DNA of 64,000 bases, taken from positions 20,567 through 84,566 of the forward strand of contig JBIKWM010000011.1 of assembly GCA_044356305.1 (NCBI GenBank), read 5' to 3'. The position numbers were made by a program, and so were the translations under genes. The notes beneath the pieces were generated by a model. It saw only the letters and a program-made list of their open reading frames with translations, was not told where the DNA came from and did no database searches. This document shows, piece by piece, positions 58,338 to 64,000 of this stretch. The stretch comes from Flavobacteriales bacterium (lineage in GTDB: Bacteria > Bacteroidota > Bacteroidia > UBA10329). Position 1 is the stretch's first letter. Each line of letters starts with the position of its first letter.

Positions 58338-59117
58338 TTATACCACCACCCTCAGACCATCGTAGGCCAGGGCCACGTGCGCAGGCAGATTGCCGCTAAC
58401 TGCTACGTGCTGTCCCAGCTGATGGCTGATATGCGTAAGAAACGCTCTTTGGGGCCGCACTTCCGCAATCAGGGCAAGAGCCTCATCGAGGGTCATGTGC
58501 GAATGGTGGGTCTCGGTACGTAGAGCATTTAACACCAATACCTCCGAATCTTTTATCAAGGTCCGGGTCTTTTCCGGAACTGACTTGGCATCAGTTATAT
58601 AGCTCAACCCACCTATCCTGAACCCGATGGTGGGCATGCCGGCATGTTCCACAGGCAATGGGGTTATCGTTAAGCTATTCACTTCAAACGGCCTGGTCAC
58701 ATCAATTTCAATGGTTTCGAGCATAGGGGCACCGGGATACGGCTCCTTATCGAAAGCGTACGCGAACATGCGCCTGATTGCGCCAAGAGTATGGGCACTG
58801 CCATACAACGGCATATGCCTGCGCTGCATAAAATTGAACGGTCTCACATCGTCAAGGCCTACCAGATGGTCGCTGTGGGCATGAGTGAACAGCACCGCAT
58901 CGACATGTGTGGTCCTGCTCAGCAACATCTGCTGCCTCAAGTCAGGGCCCGTGTCTACGAGTAGATTCACTCCGTTGTGAGATATAAGGACAGACGTGCG
59001 CAATCTGTGGTCGCGCGGGTCGGTGCTGTTGCAAACAGGGCAATTGCAACCGATAACAGGCACACCCTGCGATGTCCCAGTACCCAGAAAAATAATGACC
59101 ACCTGGCCTGTTGGCAT
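58338..59117 (-). CDS. MBL-fold metallo-hydrolase (PhnP-like)
   Basis: LGTGTS.GVP, DTGPD, THAHSDH, THISH, AYDG. Confidence 0.92.
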   Translation of the reverse strand: MPTGQVVIIFLGTGTSQGVPVIGCNCPVCNSTDPRDHRLRTSVLISHNGVNLLVDTGPDLRQQMLLSRTTHVDAVLFTHAHSDHLVGLDDVRPFNFMQRRHMPLYGSAHTLGAIRRMFAYAFDKEPYPGAPMLETIEIDVTRPFEVNSLTITPLPVEHAGMPTIGFRIGGLSYITDAKSVPEKTRTLIKDSEVLVLNALRTETHHSHMTLDEALALIAEVRPQRAFLTHISHQLGQHVAVSGNLPAHVALAYDGLRVVV

Positions 59118-59169
59118 CGGTCAAATGTAAATCCCTGACAATAGTGCCGCGCTATATTCGCAACCCCGC

Positions 59170-62100
59170 ATGCGAAGCCTTGCCCTCATCTTTTTTCTTG
59201 TTCTGACCGGTCCATTAGCCTTTGGACAGAGCGGGATGCCATTTATTACCGATGTGCCCCTGCCCACCGACCAGAAGGGAAGTCGGGTCATCGATATGGT
59301 TCAAGATGGGCAGGAGACCATGCTGTTCCTGACGCGCAGAAGGCTCATTGTATTTGATGGGGGAAAATGGAACGTGGTGCCCATGCCATCGGCCGCCAAT
59401 TCCATTGCATTGCACCGCCCATCTGGCCGTGTGTTCATCGGGCTTCGCGATCAGTTCGGTGAGATGGTGCTCAGTCGCAAGGGCCAGTACGAGCTAAAGG
59501 TCCTCAGCACCCACAATGGCCCCCCCGATGACTATAAGACAGTGCTTGTCAATGACACATCGGTCATGTTCCTTGGCGAGAAACAATATGTGGCCTATGG
59601 GCTTGAAAAGAATGAGATAATCCATCGGGACCTTGTTGCCAAGGGGACACCCATTCTGGGTGGATTTGAGAATCAGGGACGGTTCATGGTGAATGTGAGC
59701 GACATCGGCCCTACCCACTGGGCTGGCCGTTCACTCCAGGAAGCCCCTAAACTTAGCGGATTCAACGAGGAACGGATCCTCTTCAACTTCAGGCTCGACA
59801 GTCTGCGCACTTTGGTAGGCACCGAGAGCGACAGGATGTTGATTGTTTCGGGCAATAAGACCGAGGAGGTCTTTGGCCCTGTCCGCAACTATGCCCGCGA
59901 GAATTTTCTGAGCGATGGTGGTCGCCTCAGCGATTCGACATTCGCCATCAGCACCCTGGCCGGAGGGATAATGGTGGTCGACAGCCGCGAGCTGCGTCCC
60001 ATCTACACCTACAGCTACCGCACCGGCCTGCCCGATAATGAGATAGCCTCGGTGTGCACCGACATGAACGGTGGCCTTTGGATGTCGCACGAGTTCGGCC
60101 TCAGCCGTATTGACCTGCGGCAGCCGGTCATGGACTTCACAACCTATCCGGGCCTTGAAGGCAATGTACAGACAGCCATTTACCACCGGGGACAGTTGTA
60201 TGTGGGCACTTCGAGCGGGTTGTTCCAGTTGGGTGAGACAGCCGACCTCAAAGAGATACAGCGCGCCAACGACCGTCAACTTGAACTGCGCGACCAACAA
60301 GTAACCCAGCCCGTGGTAGTGCAGGCCGAGCCCGAACCTATCAAGGAGACTGTGAAAGCCGAGCCGGAGCCACAGCCTGCCGAAGAGGTGAAACTCTCGC
60401 GCAAGGAGCAGCGCGCCCTGAAGCGCCAGCAGCGCAAAGAAGAACGCGATAAGAAGAACAAGGCAAAATCTGGCGAGAAAGAAGAGGAAGAGGCCGAACC
60501 GGTGGCTGAGAAACCAAAAGCCGAGCCTGCACAGCCTGTGCCACAGGCCCTGGTAACGCCCGTGGGTGGCATGTCCGGACCAGGGGCAGGCGGACCGGGA
60601 AGCGGACCAGGTGCGGGCGGTGCGGCAAGTGGCGCCATGACCCCCGGTGGAAGGACTCCGGGTGCCCCGATGGGTTCTGCGCCAGGTGGCCTCGGGTCAA
60701 AACGCGAGTCCGGGCTGACGCACATTTACCGCAGAGTATCTGGTATCGATGGCAAATGCCGCCAGATGGCCGCTCACCTTGATCACGTGCTCGTGGCCAC
60801 CAACACCGGACTCTATGATATTATAGACAGGAGTGCGCGACCGATCATTAAAGGCTACGTCCTGAATCTCACCGTGGCCTCGCGTCCTGGGAGGTTCCTG
60901 GCTTCAACCAACAACGGACTCTCTATCATTGAACTTAAGAACGGAAGCTGGTCCACCGAGAATATTGCAGGTCTTTCGGCCACAGTTCACAGCGCTGTAG
61001 AGACCAAAAGCGGAGTGATCTATGTGCTGACTGACTTTGACATAGTGCGCCTTACCCCGAGTGCCGATGGGACACCCACGCCAAAGGTCTTCCCTCTTCC
61101 GGTTGATCAGGGCGAAGACGGCCAGGTGTTCATGGTCAAGGATGTACCGCATTTCGTATTCACCTCAGGTATGTATCGCCTGAGCGATGACGGCACCTCC
61201 ATTGTAGGTGTTGCATTGAAGGGGAGTGAATCGTCAGGCGCGGGCCTTCGTTTTGTGAAAGGGGCCGATGGCGACCTATGGCTCAATCATAACGGGGCGT
61301 GGGTGTCATTCAACAATGAGAAGACCACAGAGATGGGAAGGTTCCTCCATCTTTTCGAGGGTCTGCTCAACATCAATGTGGACGAGCGTGGCGACCTCTG
61401 GGTGGTCGACTCAAAAAGCCACATCTATCGGATCAGGAACCAGAAGGCCAAGGCCAACGAACCATTCAACCTTTATCTGCGCAGGGTGGGCAGCCCCGAG
61501 GGCGAGTTCTTCAACCTCGATGAACTGGTCATCTCGCACCGATTCAACTCATTGGAATTTGAGATCAGCGCCCCCTACTACCTGCGCAGCAATGGAACTG
61601 AATACCAATACCGCCTCGATGAACTGGGCGAAAAATGGAGCCGCTGGACCACCAATCCCGTCATAGAGTTCCCATTCCTACAAGGAGGCACCTACCATCT
61701 GCGGATCAGGGCGCGCAATGTGTTCGGGCAACTGAGCGAGGAGAAAGTACTTGAGTTCACAGTTGAGCCTAAACTCTGGTTCCGTTGGTACTTCATTCTG
61801 TTGTATGTGCTGCTGGTTGTGGGAATCATTTTCGGCATAATCAAAGTGCGGGAGCGTGGTCTGAAAGAGACTCAACGCCTGCTTGAGGAGATGGTGACCA
61901 AGCGCACCAGCGAACTGGCCGATGAGAAAAGGAAGGTGGAGAGCCTGCTGCTCAACATCCTGCCCAAAGAGACGGCAGATGAGCTGCAGAAAAAGGGAAA
62001 GGCCACAGCACGGCACTACAACATGGTGAGCGTGATGTTCACTGATTTCAAAGGTTTCACGGCCATTGCCGAACAGACTGACCCTGAGGATCTGGTGGCC

Positions 62101-62640
62101 GAACTGGACCGCTGTTTCGTTCATTTTGACGACATCATTGAGAAATATCATCTTGAGAAGATCAAGACTATTGGCGATAGCTACATGTGCGCAGGCGGTG
62201 TGCCCATCCGCAACAAGAGCAATGCTTTGGCCATGATTCTTGCCGGCCTCGAGATGCGCGAGTACATTGTGGGCATCATTGAGGAGAAAAAGCGAAAAGG
62301 CGAACCCGTTTGGGAGATCCGGATAGGCATACACACCGGCCCGCTCACAGCGGGTGTGGTGGGCAAGAAGAAATTCGCCTACGACATCTGGGGCGATACG
62401 GTGAATGTTGCGAGCCGAATGGAGTCGGCCTCGGAGCCGGGTCGGATAAACATTTCGGCTGCCACTTACGAGCACATCAAGCATTATTTTGAGTGCGAGC
62501 CGCGCGGAAAGGTCGACACCAAGGGCAAGGGCAAGATGGAGATGTACTTTGTCAACGGCATCAATGCGAAATACAGTGTTGATGGGGCCGGCCGCGAGCC
62601 TAGCCGCGAACTGCTCAAGATAATGGACGAGATATGGTGA
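59170..62640 (+). CDS. Membrane-anchored class III adenylate cyclase with a periplasmic beta-propeller/Y_Y_Y sensor
   Basis: Signal peptide, propeller repeats, YQY..W..W..G.Y domain, TM segment, FTDFKGFT, KIKTIGDSYM, YDIWGDTVN.ASR. Confidence 0.92.
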   Translation: MRSLALIFFLVLTGPLAFGQSGMPFITDVPLPTDQKGSRVIDMVQDGQETMLFLTRRRLIVFDGGKWNVVPMPSAANSIALHRPSGRVFIGLRDQFGEMVLSRKGQYELKVLSTHNGPPDDYKTVLVNDTSVMFLGEKQYVAYGLEKNEIIHRDLVAKGTPILGGFENQGRFMVNVSDIGPTHWAGRSLQEAPKLSGFNEERILFNFRLDSLRTLVGTESDRMLIVSGNKTEEVFGPVRNYARENFLSDGGRLSDSTFAISTLAGGIMVVDSRELRPIYTYSYRTGLPDNEIASVCTDMNGGLWMSHEFGLSRIDLRQPVMDFTTYPGLEGNVQTAIYHRGQLYVGTSSGLFQLGETADLKEIQRANDRQLELRDQQVTQPVVVQAEPEPIKETVKAEPEPQPAEEVKLSRKEQRALKRQQRKEERDKKNKAKSGEKEEEEAEPVAEKPKAEPAQPVPQALVTPVGGMSGPGAGGPGSGPGAGGAASGAMTPGGRTPGAPMGSAPGGLGSKRESGLTHIYRRVSGIDGKCRQMAAHLDHVLVATNTGLYDIIDRSARPIIKGYVLNLTVASRPGRFLASTNNGLSIIELKNGSWSTENIAGLSATVHSAVETKSGVIYVLTDFDIVRLTPSADGTPTPKVFPLPVDQGEDGQVFMVKDVPHFVFTSGMYRLSDDGTSIVGVALKGSESSGAGLRFVKGADGDLWLNHNGAWVSFNNEKTTEMGRFLHLFEGLLNINVDERGDLWVVDSKSHIYRIRNQKAKANEPFNLYLRRVGSPEGEFFNLDELVISHRFNSLEFEISAPYYLRSNGTEYQYRLDELGEKWSRWTTNPVIEFPFLQGGTYHLRIRARNVFGQLSEEKVLEFTVEPKLWFRWYFILLYVLLVVGIIFGIIKVRERGLKETQRLLEEMVTKRTSELADEKRKVESLLLNILPKETADELQKKGKATARHYNMVSVMFTDFKGFTAIAEQTDPEDLVAELDRCFVHFDDIIEKYHLEKIKTIGDSYMCAGGVPIRNKSNALAMILAGLEMREYIVGIIEEKKRKGEPVWEIRIGIHTGPLTAGVVGKKKFAYDIWGDTVNVASRMESASEPGRINISAATYEHIKHYFECEPRGKVDTKGKGKMEMYFVNGINAKYSVDGAGREPSRELLKIMDEIW

Positions 62641-62745
62641 GGGCCTTCTGTTCGCCCCTTCCCTACTCTTTCTGCGAGTCTTGTATCGCATTGGCCCTGA
62701 ATACATACATTCGGTGCTCCTTTCCAAACCATTTCCCATTCAGAC

Positions 62746-64000
62746 ATGCGCAGAATCATTACCCTCGCCCTGCTCGCTATGGCCCAGATCTCTGTGGCTC
62801 AGAACAGCGGTGGCCCCGATCAGTACGGCTACTACTGGCGTTCGAGCGACCATCCTCAAGGCCCTGTCTTCGATTGGGTCGATATAAGTGGCGTGGGCAC
62901 ACCGGTAACTGGCCTTACCGATGACAATGCCACACAGTTTATCACCATGGGTGGAATGGTGTTCCATTACTATTGGAATGACCTGACCAAATTGGTCATC
63001 GGGTCAAATGGTTGGTTGAGTTTCAATGCCGTATCCAACATAGCCCATTGTTTTCCCACCATCCCTACAGCTGGAGGCCAGACGGACAACTATCTGGCCC
63101 CTTTCATGACCGACCTGCTCATCAGTCAGGCCGGTTTTACCACACCCCAGGTCTATTACTACTACGATTCGGCTCTGAACCGCTTTATCGTGACCTACGA
63201 GAACTGCCCATGGTGGAGCCAGACAGCCCCGGGATATGTGGGCAACAACACCTTTCAGGTCATCCTTTCGAGTGCCGACAGCAGCATCACGTATCAATAC
63301 CTGAGCCTGACCCCGGGCAATTTCAACAACATGGCAGAATGTACCCAGGACCTTGTCATCGGAATTGAGAATGTGACCGGTGGCATCGGCCTTCAGCCAT
63401 TTGTTGAGTTTGTGCCTGCCGACAATTTTGCCATCAAATTCTATTACCCCAACCCCGTCACATTTCAGGTGCAGGACATCACACCGGCCTGGAACCAGAA
63501 CAATGAGAACAAGGGCATTTTTGTGCAGAGCGGAAGCACCTTCAACTTGACCACAGGAGTAGGGAATGTCGGCAATGCCGATGTAAACACGTCAATAGAC
63601 GTTGATGCGCAGGTGCTCAACCTCAATTTCACCCAGGTGCATAACGATGCCACCACCATCGCCAATGGCCTGAGCGCTGGGTCGCAATCGACAGTAGTGT
63701 TTCCGAGTGTGTGTTCTTTGGTTCCGGGCCAGTATTATCTGAACACGAGCACCAACAATTCTCAGGATCTGAATGCCGGTAACAACCAACAGGTCACGGA
63801 GGTGAATTCAGTGGATATGAGTCAGGGTGATTTTGTTCTGAGCTATGCCACCCAGAACCCGCCTGAGGGAATCTTGACCTGGGGTGGCCCGGGTGGTGGT
63901 GCAGGTGTGTACATGGAACCACCCATATACCCGGCCGATCTGAATGCCGTTCAGGTTTTCATTGTCGATCAGGGTGGCGGACAGGATTTTGTGGTGAACA
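62746..64000 (+). CDS. Exported surface protein, 3' truncated by window edge
   Basis: Starts MRRIITLALLAMAQISVAQNSGGPDQYGYYW..FDWVDIS; appears open to the window end, which would explain its absence from the ORF track. Confidence 0.8.
   Translation, partial: MRRIITLALLAMAQISVAQNSGGPDQYGYYWRSSDHPQGPVFDWVDISGVGTPVTGLTDDNATQFITMGGMVFHYYWNDLTKLVIGSNGWLSFNAVSNIAHCFPTIPTAGGQTDNYLAPFMTDLLISQAGFTTPQVYYYYDSALNRFIVTYENCPWWSQTAPGYVGNNTFQVILSSADSSITYQYLSLTPGNFNNMAECTQDLVIGIENVTGGIGLQPFVEFVPADNFAIKFYYPNPVTFQVQDITPAWNQNNENKGIFVQSGSTFNLTTGVGNVGNADVNTSIDVDAQVLNLNFTQVHNDATTIANGLSAGSQSTVVFPSVCSLVPGQYYLNTSTNNSQDLNAGNNQQVTEVNSVDMSQGDFVLSYATQNPPEGILTWGGPGGGAGVYMEPPIYPADLNAVQVFIVDQGGGQDFVVN

Overview
GC-rich Bacteroidota (Flavobacteriales-like) chromosomal segment. 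The assignment rests on many T9SS C-terminal-domain proteins, TAnnTTTG promoters and a fused ccoNO gene. Housekeeping genes include an aminotransferase end, tRNA-Thr(CGT), lpxK, PNP, an LptF/G permease, two GT4 enzymes, rimO, panB, a DjlA-like gene, ccoS-NO-Q-P, TonB receptors with a Zur-like locus, a WcaJ-like transferase and a membrane adenylate cyclase. These surround an accessory zone at about 9-35 kb. The most notable structure is an integron-like locus at 20.6-26.7 kb. It has a decayed, co-oriented tyrosine recombinase ending in KSPLD, then an attI-like region, then one AT-rich 5.7-kb cassette (HTH + type III res + mod). The cassette starts with GTTAGGTGC and ends in a 132-bp non-canonical attC-like hairpin whose inverse core GCACCTAAC is the exact complement of that start. 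Both cassette UTRs carry GCCAACGC-bracketed hairpins. Also present: a RAYT transposase with REP arrays, including degenerate REPs inside its own gene; a poly-C frameshift in the signal peptide of an S74 tail-fibre-like T9SS protein; two orphan 21-bp-period arrays; and several promoters placed only 4-9 nt from start codons. All calls come from reading the sequence; no database searches were run.
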